Assembly: GCA_030324005.1 (NCBI GenBank)
Contig: JARDVH010000042.1
Coordinates: 32,130,659-32,194,658 of the forward strand
Length of the DNA stretch: 64,000 nucleotides
Direction of reading: 5' to 3'
DNA from: Negaprion brevirostris
Lineage: Eukaryota
In this document: piece after piece, positions 50,662 to 63,380 of the stretch
Position numbering within the stretch: position 1 is the stretch's first letter
Layout: the number at the start of each line of letters is the position of its first letter
Notes under the pieces: generated by a model
What the model saw: only the letters and a program-made list of their open reading frames with translations
What the model was told of the DNA's origin: nothing
Database searches by the model: none
Made by a program: the position numbers and the translations under genes

Positions 50662-51269
50662 TCCCACCCCCCCATATTTGTTTCCTTCACAAATTACTTT
50701 AAATCTGTGCTATTTCATTCTTGATCATTTTTCAAGCAGGAACAGTTGCTCCCTATCTACTCTGTCCAGAAAGTGGGAGAGTATTCCATTACACTCCTGA
50801 TTTGTGTCTTATAGATAGATGGTGGCATTGGAGAGTCAGAATTACTCTCTGCAGAATTCCCAGCCTCTGACCTGCTCTTTTAGCCACATGTTTATATGGC
50901 AAGTTAAGTTCTGTTTCTGATCAATATTAACCCACAGGATGCTAATGGTGAAGGACTCCAAGATGGTAATGCCACTGAATGTCAAGGAAAGATGGTTAGA
51001 TTCTCAAGATGGTCGTTGCCTGGAATGTGTAGAGCAAACATTGCTGGCCATTTGTCAGCCTGAGCCTTAATATTGTCCAGGTGTTGCTGAGTGTACCTTT
51101 TGGGACCCTTTGGCTGCACTCACCCCAAAGCCAGAAAATCCCATCTGAGATCAATGGACCTTTACATGGTCCATCCCCTGCCTGCTACAATTCCAAACAG
51201 GAAAATTCCCCCTTTACTGTTTCAGCGTACAGACTACAATTTCATGAAGGTATAAGACTTTAAAGAAAG

Positions 51270-51935
51270 AATAGCTTGAACTGATATTGCACTTTTCATA
51301 ACCAAAAAAGTCTCAATGTGCTTTACAGCCAATGAAAAACTTTTGAAGCATGGTCCCTATAGTAATGTCAGAAACGCAAAAGGTAAATTTTTCCCACAAA
51401 CAGCGACGTGAAAATGACTCGATCATCTGTTCTTCCCCCCCTGTGAGAGGGCATGGGATCCAAGGGCCTTTGGCCTTGTGGATCAAGAACTGGCTTGCCT
51501 GCAGAAGGNNNNNNNNNNNNNNNNNNNNNNNNNNNNNNNNNNNNNNNNNNNNNNNNNNNNNNNNNNNNNNNNNNNNNNNNNNNNNNNNNNNNNNNNNNNN
51601 NNNNNNNNTGTTGATGTGATCGGCGCAACTCGTGGGCCGAAGGGCCTGTTTGTGCTGTAGTGTTCTATGTTCTATGTTCTAAGTTGATAGAGGATAAATA
51701 TTGGCTGGAATGCCTGAGTAACTCCTCTGTTCTACTCTACAGTACCGTAAGATCCTTTTTACATCCAGTCAAACAGATAGATATGTCCTTGGTTTCACAT
51801 CTCATCCAAAAGAGAGCACCTCCGACAGTGCAGCACCAGAGCATTGGTTTTGAGGTTTGTACTTGAACCCTGGATTAGAATTTGAATGCAGAGTTTGTGA
51901 TTCAGAGGCAAGAGTGCTCATGACTGAGCCACTGC
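51270..51935 (-). mobile_element. DeuSINE / SacSINE1-like SINE split by a CR1 insertion and gap (about 51440-51680)
   Basis: GCTTTACAGCCAATGAA tail part and GATCCTTTTTACATCC..CATCTCATCCAAAAG..CCTCCGACAGTGCAGCAC part flank CR1 sequence. Confidence 0.75.
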
Positions 51936-52369
51936 TTTTAATACAGTATTAGATAGATGTGTAGGTACAGGATTCATACTATGAAAAATTATATATGTAT
52001 ATTTGTGTTATGAGAGGATGGGTAGTTTTGTAAAGAGGTAAAAATGCTAAACTGCAAAATATAATAAATTACTTAACAACTGCCACATGTTTTTAAAAAT
52101 GGGATTTCGTTTTGATCAGGTAGTTTCTAAAGTGGAACTAGCATCCGAAAAAGAATATGTTTATGTGATATCAGTAAAATTTAAGAGTATCAGCCTTTAG
52201 CATGGCAACTTTGTACACCGCAGAACACCCTCAGTTCATTTAAACTAGTTCTAAATACATAGTTCTCTTGTCAATAAAGTGTATGCTTTAGAAATTGAAC
52301 TTGTTGTAAATTTGCAGAAGATCTGTATTTTCTGTCATGGTAATACATGGCTTTACATCCTGATGGCAC

Positions 52370-53480
52370 GAAGATGGTATTTCTCCAATGCTTTGAAATA
52401 CCTCCTGTTTGTTGTTCAAGTTTTTGAAGCATATAGCAGTGTAGGGATCACTGCTGCCTGGTAAATAAGACCTTAGTCCAGGGTTTGAGATCCTAGTCCT
52501 CAAATAGTCTTTTCATCAGTTGGCAGAAGGCTAGGCTGGCACATTGGAGACGATGNNNNNNNNNNNNNNNNNNNNNNNNNNNNNNNNNNNNNNNNNNNNN
52601 NNNNNNNNNNNNNNACATTTTACAGGATCTTGCCATTTAGTTTAACCAACAGGTGGAGATGTTGTGCTGTGGGACTACTGATTGGAAGAGGACATTCATT
52701 TTCCAGATGATTAGTGAAAGGCCTGTTTTCCCATATGTTTGGAGAAGGAGTTGACAGTGACCTGGAGCTCAGTTTCTGACTGAACGTGCACATAAGCACT
52801 ATCTGAATACTGAATATCTTTGACTGAGGCTGGAGTGGTTTTGGTTTTGAATTGAAGGCAAAGGTGGTTGAACAGTTTCCCAGCTGTTTGTAGGTTACCT
52901 CTATCCGTATGGGTAATTTGTTGAAGGTGAGTGCAATATTGCAACAAGTCCTTTGCAAAATCCTCCAGATGTGCTGGCAAGAAAGGCTACCCAACAGCAG
53001 CATCTTCTCCCAAGCCAACATGTCAAATGTTGTAGCACTATTCACTCATACCAGCTCCACTGGGTGGCACATGTCATTCACATACTTGATATCAGATTTC
53101 TGAAAATGCTAGGAACTCAGCTGGATCAGGAGACTCCCAGGAGGACAGCAGAGACACCTTAGGGATGTTCTCAAAGCATTCCTGGAGAGATCAAACATCC
53201 CTGCCAAATCCCCGACATCCCCAGGTCCCTGGCTTGTGACCCACTAAAATTAAGAAAATTCATTTGGGAAGGCACCAAACACATTGAGAAACCTTGGCAG
53301 GAGCCGCAGAGGCAAAATTGAGGCTTTGGAAAATGCACACACATCTTCAAGCACCTCATCTGTCTGACCCTTCAAGCATCAGCTGCCCTGCAATTTTCAG
53401 ATTGCACACTGGACCCAGCTGCCATCTCAGGACCAATCAATTCAGCATGGAAGCAAGACATCCTTGGGACTATTGAAGGG
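52370..53480. mobile_element. Old RTE LINE with inverted 5' half
   Basis: Minus 52945->52370: AGKLFNHLCLQFKTKT..DIQYSDSA...YQAAVIPTLLYASKT..KALEKYHL; plus 52945->53480: QQVLCKILQMCWQER..WVAHV..CHLRT. Confidence 0.8.
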
Positions 53481-54273
53481 GAGAGACATCCTTAAGATCA
53501 TTGTATTGATGGAACCTTTTGCCTTGCAAGTGTATAAACACCAAACAGAAATATCAACGTAATTGCTAACAAAACTAGGCCACAAATGGAGATTTCTTCT
53601 GCTCCATTAGCTACTGAGATTTGCTGTGATTATCTTACAGCAGTCAAGACTTAATAGTCTGCTGCGATGTGTTGGTATCAATTTACAAATTATTAGTGTC
53701 TAGTTTCATGAGTTCTTATTGGAAATGACCTAGTGGTGAACAAAATGGCCCTTTACACATTTTTTTCTAATTAGCAAGCACCACTAATTAGAGGCCAAAT
53801 CAATTCTCCCTTTAATAAAGGCTTCCCATTATTTTACATTGGCCATTAACTGGTATGCACACAGAGATTTGTATCTTTTTATTTGATATTTTTACTCATT
53901 TAAGTTAATGCCAAAATGTGTTGGGCACTATCTTAATGATAAACCTTTATTCCTTTGTTTCCTGACACATGATACAGTGATGCTTAAAGCCCACCAAATA
54001 GCGTAACCTTACATGAGATGCCATTTAGATTGATGTATGATTCCTCTGTCTTCCCCCCCTTCTAAATCAACGCACTGTTGATGTGATATTGAATATCTGT
54101 GATGTTTTCAAAACCAGTTTCCAAGGGGATCGCTGGAGACATTTTAATGATGACTGTGTTTAGCATGTTTGTGAATTTATGTCAATACACCTTTGGTCAG
54201 CTGAAGGTGCAGCCTACAATGGCATAATCATCATATTAAGCTATCGTAATTGTTAACAGTTTGCTAACGGTAA

Positions 54274-54331
54274 ATATTAGTTATTATCATCAAAAGTAGG
54301 GCATATTAGTTATTATCATCAAAAATAGGGC
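54274..54331. repeat. 29-bp tandem duplication (1 mismatch)
   Basis: ATATTAGTTATTATCATCAAAA(G/A)TAGGGC x2. Confidence 0.93.
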
Positions 54332-56074
54332 ATTTAACATCAGCAAGCTTCCTTATGATTGAAATAGTTCACATAAAAGAAAAAGGATCATGTGGTGACC
54401 TTGAGTGTTTATAGCTTCAGCTGTTCACATAAAATGACCTGGGTGCTATTACTTCCAGTCAAATACACTCAGCATATAAAAGGAAAGTCACGTGCACTTG
54501 CTCAGACCTGGGGAGTAGGTTTTTCATTCTGTTAGGAAACTTACGCCATCACCAGGCAGTTTGAATAACTGGCCAAGTACAAATAAATGCCCAACCCCGT
54601 CTTGTGACTGTAGAGATTGTGCAGCGCAACTGAGCAATTTCCTGTTTACAGTATAATCCTAGTTTAACCTCCCTATGCTGGCAACGTTCACAGCACCTAC
54701 AAGTTACAACGTGGAAACAGGTGATTCGGCCTAAACAGACCATATTAGCAGCTATTCTCCACATGTGCAAATAATTCCAAACATGTTTGACCACCCTGCT
54801 TCCACATCCCATCAATCCCTTTTCCATCATACACCTATTACTTTTAATCTTGAATGTTTCTGGCTAAGTACCAAATCTCAATAATAATAACCAAAATAAT
54901 GATACTGGTATTTTATCAAAATACAAGTTCCTCAGCTCAAATGTTTAATTGCAGTGGGACTTGCATTGAAAAATTTATGTACAGTCAAAGTAAGCAAGTC
55001 AAAAACATGAATATATGTGTCAACTTTCTATTAACAAAAATAGACAAACTACCAGGTAACAGGGAAATGATGGAGTAGATAAAAGAGCAAAGAACAGCAC
55101 AGCACAGGAAACAGGCCCTTCGGCCCAACAAGCCCGCGCCGCCATTTTAACATTCAGTGAGTGCCTCATTCCAATCCTTCATTCTATCTGTGACTTTTGC
55201 CTACGCCTCCTTTAAAAAAGGAGTGTTGAATTAAAATTATATTAAAATTATTAATCAATGCACCAGCAGTCAGATAGGGTGGCATGCAGGTAGGGTGACA
55301 AGGTGCCAAGGCAGATAGGTTGCTAGGGTGGCAGGTTCAGTAGTGAGGTAGCTGCGTAGGGTGGCAGGTGAGTAGGCTTGTAGGTGGATAGTATCATAGC
55401 TGGGAAGGCAGATGGTGTGGTGAGGGATAGGTTGTTAGGGTGGCAGCTGGGTGAGATGGATCAGGGGCAGTCAGGTGGTGGCCGCTAGTCAGATCAGGCC
55501 AATCCGACTGAGGACAACACGTTGGGACTTCCACAGAGTCCCTGTGCTCATCTTGGGTAGTGTGCCTGATCTCTGACAACTGGGAGTCTGGAAGGCTGGG
55601 ACCAATGTAAGAGATGTAAACACTGCAGACCTAGTAGTTTAATATTATCAATGGTGAAATAGATCATCAGGAATTTCTTCTCTCAGAAGGTTTGTGAGTC
55701 TTTGGAGCTGTTTGTCACAGAGATAATTAGTTTTGGGGGAACAGAGAATAAAGGGGAAAATGATATTCCTTCAGTTTAGGGATTAATTTTCTAGAGTATA
55801 TTCCCAAACTAAGTCTTTAATATAGTCCACTGCATTTAAGTATATGCATAATACTTATTCCTAACAGCTCTGAAAATGGTAATATTTAAATGTGCAGCAG
55901 GTTTGTCAACATCTTAAAATAGAAAAGTTAATATTTCCAGAGTTGACATTATTATTTCTTTTTGTCCTGACCAAGCTCAAACTTAGTTTAAATTAATTGT
56001 TTTTTAAAAAGTGAACATTTCTGCATGGTACCTTGAATAAAAACATAAAAATAATTCATAGGGACATCAGAGAT

Positions 56075-56401
56075 GGGGGCCGGATGGTGGCACAGTGGTT
56101 AGCACCATTGCCTCACAGCGCCAAGGATCTGGGTTCAATTCCCGGTTTGGGTCACTATTTGTGTGGAGTTTGCACATTGTGCCCATGTCTACATGGGTTT
56201 CCTCCAGGTGCACCAGTTTCCTCCCACAGGCCAACGATGTGCAGGTTAGGTGAATTGACCATGATAAAGTGCCACATAGTGTCAGTGGAACTTGTAGCGT
56301 AAATACATGGGATTATGGAGATAGGGTCTGGGTGAGACTGTGATTTGTGCAGACTCAAGGGGCAGAATGGCCTCCTTCTGTATTTATAGGGATTTTATGA
56401 T
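56075..56401 (+). mobile_element. HE1-type SINE
   Basis: TGGCACAGTGG A box, GGTTCAATTCC B box, V-domain, tail. Confidence 0.9.
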
Positions 56402-56849
56402 ATTACAATCATCCTCAGAAGAAACAGAAAGCACCAAGGAAATCGTTAAACATTTTAAGGAAGAAACTTCTATAATGACTTCCAAAATAAGTGTGGATTT
56501 GATTACATAACATATTCCTGTAGGAATATGTATATAGTCAGTAATTTATTCCACCAATGCAAAAATGTTTTTAATATGTAATTTCTGGGTATTATGTTAA
56601 TAACATAAGCCAAGAGTGCAAAAAAAAAACAACTATTAAAGTGTTAAGGTAAATTTAAAAATGTTTCCAAATTAATTAATGAACTAACAAAACCCAAACC
56701 TACCTTTTAATTCTGCAACCATTAATTTAAACAATTGCTTTCAACATTTACATTTCAGTTTCTGTTCCATAGAGGGAGATAGGGAGCCACATTGTTGAGG
56801 TGAATACAAAGGCCTGTTCAGCTGTTCATTCATAAAAGCTTAAATAAAA

Positions 56850-57450
56850 ACATAAGAATATCAAGGATGGGGGCAGGGTGAGGCCGTTTGTTTCTTTGAG
56901 CTTGTTCCACTCTGAAATAAGAATGTGGCTGATCAGATCGTCACCTCATCTCTACTTTCCTGCCTGTCCCCATTGCACTTGACTCCCTTGTGGATCTAAG
57001 ATCTGTGCAACTCAGCCTTAAATATATTCAATGATCAGGATCAGCCTCCACTGCTCTCTGGGGTAAAGAATTCCAAAGATTAATGATCCTCTGAGAAGTA
57101 ATTCCTTCTGATCTTCACCTTAAATATATGGCTGATTATTCTGAGACTGTGTCCCCTAGATTACCCCACTAGGGAAACACCTCTTAGTATTTACCCTGTC
57201 AAGCTCCACCCCCCCACCCACCTCCCCCATAGAATCTTTTATGTTTCAATAAGATTGGTTCTCATTATTCTAAACTCCAGCAAGGATAAACTGAACCTAC
57301 TTGACATTTTACTTGTAAGACAATCTGTTTATTGCAGGAATCAATTAATTAACCTTCTTTCAGTTGCTGTCAGTGGAAGTATATTCTTCCTTAAATAAGG
57401 CCAATACTGTAGACTCTGTGTGGGCTCATCAATGTGTTGTACAGTTGTAC
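56850..57450 (-). mobile_element. CR1 LINE 3' fragment
   Basis: AACATAAGAA tail and TCAGCCTTAAATATATTCAATGA..AAAGAATTCCAAAG typical of the CR1 ORF2 end. Confidence 0.8.
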
Positions 57451-58591
57451 TACACCATCCCTAAACTAAATAGTGGAAGCAGGGGATCAAATCATGGAGC
57501 AAGGAGCAGCACTTCTAGCCCTTGTTTTGATGCCTTCTCTCTTGCCTGCCTGGTTTTAGCCATGACAACAGGTTGCCCTCTGCAGGAGTCCTTTATTTTG
57601 GTGACCCAGCTGCTGAAAACATTTTTAAATATAAAAGAGTAAAACATTGAATAGAGAGCGCTTCATTACAGAGGCTGAACGACAAGTCACTCCCCCTTCA
57701 TCATTAGTGTGATAAGATGGTGTTGATCGAGGAGCAAGTTTAATAAAGAAGTCTTTGTAGTCTTCTGTATGTTAAGTCTTTATTAACTACATGTAATTAT
57801 ATACAAATATACAGGAAAATGTACTAGCCTGGAGCTATCTCCATCCTAGGTCTTAATCCATCTCTGGCCATCGCTCAATAGTTCCAGGATCATGCTGATG
57901 ACTGGGAGTCATCACTCTGCAAGGTGGAGTGTCCATTGTTAAAGTAGAGGTCTTTGAGAATGGTTCCTTGTCTGACAGGACTGCCAAGCTGGCACTTCAA
58001 TTTAATTACAACTCTGTTGGCTGGCAATTTACCAAGATGTCAGTGTTCCAAAATGAAGAACCATATTCTTTGATCTCACACAAGGGGCATGTGTGTGTAT
58101 CTTCTGGGCTTTCAGTCTCAACCTCGAGGATTACCCAAGCAGCTTTGATTGGAGCCGCTGTCTTGTTGAGATGGTGTTGGTTGCAGAGTACCTTTGTTAA
58201 AGAAGTCTTTGTAGCCTATGCATGTTAATAACATGTCTTTATTCATTATTTGTAACTATATGCAAATATACAATAAATGGTGCAGGTACGGAGCTATCTC
58301 CAATCTTGGTCTTAACATATCTCTAGCTAACACCACACTGACCCAGGGTACACATAATCTGTCTTTGTACATCACTGTGTGGACCATACTAACCCCGTAT
58401 GTGACCTTTTACTACAGAAAGTGGGTGGGACAGTGGAGTTGTGGCTGAAGATCAGAACTGATTCTATTGAATGGTGGAGCAGGCGGGAGCGGCTCCATTT
58501 GCTTCCCCGTTACTATTTTTTATGTTAACCTGAAAAAGCTCTTAAGTAGGTATTTGTAATCTTGGTGTGGTAGAGTCAGTGATGTAAACAT

Positions 58592-59459
58592 GGGGGTGGT
58601 CTTACCAGCTCGCCATGCTGATCGGCCAGTGTGGTGAGCTGCTAAGATAGCGAAAGAGGTGAAAAACCGAAGTTGCATACGGTTTCTCACCATTTGCAAT
58701 ATTACCAGCCCTGGTTTGCCGGCATGATCAGTTTCACATCTGGAAAGGGCACAAGGCTGATTTAAATATTTAGATACTCATCAGAATTGTCTGCGCTCAA
58801 TTACCTCAGTGGTCTCACTGGTGGAGATCCTTACTGGGGAGGATTATGTATGGTCCCCACCAACAACCTGATGTGATGGCCTCGCTGATGAACCAAAGGC
58901 CATTGTGGCCCCTCAAGTGGTTGTAGGCAGTGCAGTTAGGGCAGTGCCAGCCTGATACCCTGGCACTGCCCACCATACACTGAGCAGTGCCAAAGGACGG
59001 GGCTTAAGGGAAGGTTGGGGAGCTGCGCACACTGCAATCGGGGATCGGCCAAGGCGGTGCTTGGCTGGGCCAATGGGGTATAAATGCTGCAATCAGCCAG
59101 GGACGTGATTGACCAGGCTTGGGGGTATCAGGGAAGCAAACAGCCAGGATGCTGGGGGTATTGGGACAATATCCGCTGGGAAGTGGGGAAGCGACAAATC
59201 TTCAGTGTTTTCTGTATGCTTGTATACTGAATACTGAGAGATCTGCACGTGCACAATGGCACCCTCTAGCTGTGAGCAGCCGGGTTTCTGGCGAGAATAA
59301 ACTCTATCCACTTTCCCGACTGGCGTGAATCACAGTTTACTTTTTTTTGCACTAAGTGGCATAAGATCATGTTTGAAAGCTCACTGAAATAATGGACACA
59401 GTTCTCTCCTGTTTTCACACTCACTTGGCACTTAGAGTTTTTTTGGTAAGATCACCCCC
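58592..59459 (-). mobile_element. MITE family A, full length, reverse orientation
   Basis: 16-bp TIR GGGGGTG(G/A)TCTTACCA; the right end is the reverse complement of the left ends at 39336 and 49685. Confidence 0.75.
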
Positions 59460-60403
59460 ACACATTTCAATGTTTAAACTGCATTAAGTCACTCCTCCTG
59501 TCTGCATGCCTTCAGTAATACTTTTTATTGTAAGGCAACATTGAGAAAGTTACTTTATTTTATTGTGCCCCATGTATCAGTTTATGGCTAAGCAAATTTA
59601 TTGAAGATAGCAGAATGTAATCGTCATATTTTTACATTCGAGAGTCCAGACTGCTTTTCTTCATTGTAACTCTGTGGTCACAAAGGCACTGCTTTCTACT
59701 ATCAATGGTGGTCTCAGGCTATGTTGTCTAGATATTTTAAAGTGGAGAATAGGTTTCATAAACATAATAATTAAAATACTTGCATGATATGTTATACAAC
59801 ATAAAAGGTAGATACTGGGTGAATTACAGACAAGTTCATGACCATTTATCAGTTTTGTCTGATTTTCATATGGATAAGACAGAAAACATGTGCTTTAAGG
59901 TCATTGGGGCAATTTTTTGCCAAATAAATGGAGGCATTCCTCACAGATTGAATTAATACCATTATCTGTTTACAGATTTCGCAAAATATGTCTGATACTT
60001 TCTGAATACTTGAATAATCTTAATACAGAAACATTTTTCTGCAACTTGGTGAAATGATATCCATATTATTAATGGCAGACAGAACGTTGACTTGGAAAAA
60101 GGAAAAAAAAGAATACTTACTGAAGTAACATTTCTTCATATAAGTTTGTAGAAGATTTGAAGCAACTTGTGTATCCAGGGATTTTTTTTTTCGCCATTTT
60201 CTTCCACATCAAGAGGTTACTTGTCTCCTTTAATCTCCCTGACATTTCAGAAATCCCTCATTAGCTTCTTTAGAAGGAGATTTTGGAGACAGGAAAAGAT
60301 AAATTATGCCCAAGCATCCGTCTGTCTCTTTTTTTACATAGTTTTTTTCATCAGAAACATTTTTTTTACATAATTTCTTCACCAGAAACCATTTCCTCAC
60401 CGA

Positions 60404-60714
60404 GTGGCACAGTGGCACAATGGTTAGCACTGCTAATTCACAGCTCCAAGGATCCGAGTTCAATTCCAGTCTCAGGTCACTGTCTGTGTCAAGTTTGTAC
60501 ATTCTCCCTGTGTCTGCGTGGGTGCTCCGGTTTCCCCCCACAGTCCAAAGATGTGCAGGTTAGGTGCATTGTACATGCTAAATTGCCCCTTAGTGTCAGG
60601 GGAATAGCAGGAAAAATATGTGGGGTTGTGGGAATAGGGTGGGATTGTGGTTGGTGCAAACTCAATGGGCCGAATGGCCTCCTTCTGCACTGTAGGGATT
60701 CTATGATTCTATGA
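60404..60714 (+). mobile_element. HE1-type SINE
   Basis: A/B boxes, V-domain, TTCTATGATTCTATGA tail. Confidence 0.92.
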
Positions 60715-60769
60715 AACAGCTAATCAGTAGAAACAACATTGGTTGGACAGAGATATGCAATCCTACAAA

Positions 60770-63380
60770 CAACAGACCAGATCAAAGATCTGCAGTTCTG
60801 TCACATGCAGTCATGAATGATGGTGGACAGTTTCATAACTAACAGAAAAAGGAGGCACCATGCACGCTATCATGATGGCAGAACCCAACAGGTAAATGCA
60901 AAAGTGTTTGCAATTATCTTCAGTTAGAAGTGCTGAGTGGATGATACATCTCGGCTTCCTCCTGAGGTCCACACAGAAGTTAACTTTCAGCCAATTAATT
61001 CATTCCATGTGACATCAAGATAGTTTGGATACTGCAAACGTGATAAGCCAAGACAACAGCCTGCTGTAGTGCTGATAACCAGCCATGCCTTTAGTCTAGC
61101 TGTTCTAATACAGGTAAAATGCTGGCAACCACCCAACATTGTGGAAAATTGTCCAGCTATGAGCAGTCCACAAGAAGTACAAATCCAATCTAGCCAATGA
61201 TCATAAAAGCAACACCTCACTCCTACCCATGGAACCTTCCCACACAATCGTAGAAGGTGCAACTGCCCCTTTACCTCCTCCCTGCTCACCACCCCAGGTC
61301 CTAAACATTCTTTTCAGGTGAACAGCGCATCACATGAAACTCCTTCAATCTGGTCTATTGCATTCGCTGCTCCCAAGGTGGGTCTACTCTACATCGGAGA
61401 AACCAAAAGTATACTGGGTGATTGCTTTGCTGAACACATTCGGTCTGTCCATAGAATGAGACCTCCCTGTCATTTGCCACTTTAACACACCACCCTGCTC
61501 TCCTGTCCACATGTCCGTCCTTGGCCTTTTGCAATGTTCTAGCAAACCCCAAAGCAAACTGGAGGAGCAGCACCTTATCTTCTGATTGGGCTCTTTACAG
61601 CCTCCCAGACTGAACACTGAATTCAACAACCTCAGAGCATGAACTCTCCCCTCCACCTTCATCCCATTTCCAATTATTTTATTTAATTTTGTTTCATCTC
61701 ATTCATCCATTTTGTCATTCTCCTTTCTCACTTCCATTTTTCCACTTATCCATTCATACTCTCCTTCTTGCTCCCTTCCCAGCCCCCCTCAGGGCAACTG
61801 CCAAATCAGACAGGACCCAGGCAGTCCCATAAACATCTGTATTTCTGTTCCGCCAATCATGCATTCTGATCACTTAATGGACACTTTTTAGTACCTTTCT
61901 CAGCCTTCTGTATCCTCATTTACATTCTTTTTGTTCCTTTCGACCGCCAACTCCCCCCCCTCCATCCCCAAATCTGCCGTCATTGTATAAATCTCTGCTG
62001 ATTCTCTTTGTTTGTAGCTCTGATGAAGGGTCATCAGAAAGGTTGGCTCTATTCCCTCCCCACAGATGCTGTCAGACCTGCTGAGATCTTCCAGCATTTC
62101 CTGTTTTAGTAGCTAATTATCAGTTTTCTCTCAATCATTAGCAAAGTGATAGAAGATGTTGTCAGCAATGCTATTAAGAGGCATTTGCTCACCAAGTATC
62201 TGCTGAGCAATACTCAGTTTAGGTTCTACCAGGGCTGCTAGATTCAAGGTCTCATTACAACCTTGGTCCAAACATGGTCAGAAGAGCATAACTGCATAAG
62301 AGCAAAATGAGATGAGGTGAAAGTGATTGCTTTTCACGTTAAGGCATCACTTGACTGAGTATGGCATCAAGGGGCCCTGGCAAAATTGAACTCAGTTGTA
62401 ATCAGGGAGAAAGCTCACCACTGGTTGGAGTTGTGCCTAGAACAAAGAAAGATGGTTGTTGGAGGCCAATCATCTCAGCCCTAGCAGGTCCACAGGTAGT
62501 GTCCTAGGCCCAACCAACTTCAGATCCTTTATCAATGACCTTCCTTCCATCATAAGGTCACAAATGGGAACATTTGCTGATGCCATTCGTAACTCATCAG
62601 TTAGAGTCTGTGCCTGCTTGCAGCAAGACCTGGACAACATTCAGCTGTGGACTGATAGATAGAAAGTAACATTACTACCAGAACAGGGTCAGGTAATGAC
62701 CAACTCCAGTAAGAGAGAAACTAACTGCTTCCTTTTAACCTTCAAGAGCATTACCATGACTTAATCCCCGTCCCCCCACCACCCTTTTGCCGCCATCAAC
62801 AGTTACTATTGACTAGAAATGTAAATGGAGTGGCAATCAAATACTGTGGCTATAACAGCAAGTTAGAGGCTGGGCATTCTGCGGAATGTAACTCACCTCT
62901 ACATTCTCCAGATCTTTTCCACCAGTCAGGAGTTTGATGGAATACTCTCCACTTCCTGGATGAATGGAGCTCCAACAATACACAAGAAACTCAACACCAT
63001 CCAGGGCAAAGCTGCAGCTTAACTGGCACCCCATTTATTATCTGAAATATTCATTTCCTCTGCCACTGATGCACAGTGTCAGCAGTGTGAACCAGCTGCA
63101 GGATACACTCCAAGAACTCACCAATGTTTCAACAGCACCTTCCAAACCTGCGACCTCTACTGCTATAGAACAAATGCAGCAGGTGCATGGGACACCACCA
63201 TCTGCAGCTTCCCCTTCAAATCACATACCATCCAGACTTGGAAATATATTGTCATCCCTTCACTGTCGCTGGGTCAAAATCCTGGAACTCTGTCCCTAAC
63301 AGCACTGTGGGTGTACTTAACCATCCAATAAGGACACTCACTGCCACATTCTCAGGGGCAATTAAGTATGGGCAATAAAT
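60770..63380 (+). mobile_element. Second CR1-group LINE (RT relic) split by a Penelope insertion
   Basis: GSVLGPTNFRSFINDLP..FAD..LQQDLDNIQLW RT motifs; GGGCAATAAAT tail. Confidence 0.82.
61204..62109 (+). mobile_element. Penelope-like element 3' part (GIY-YIG endonuclease + terminal repeat) with TSD
   Basis: VYCIRCSQGGXLYIGETKSILGDCFAEHIRSV relic; imperfect 13-bp TSD TAGCCAATGATCA (61191-61203) / TAGCTAATTATCA (62110-62122). Confidence 0.88.

Noticed and set aside
56510-56531. 10-bp inverted repeat ACATATTCCT/AGGAATATGT
   Set aside because: Short, AT-rich and without supporting context
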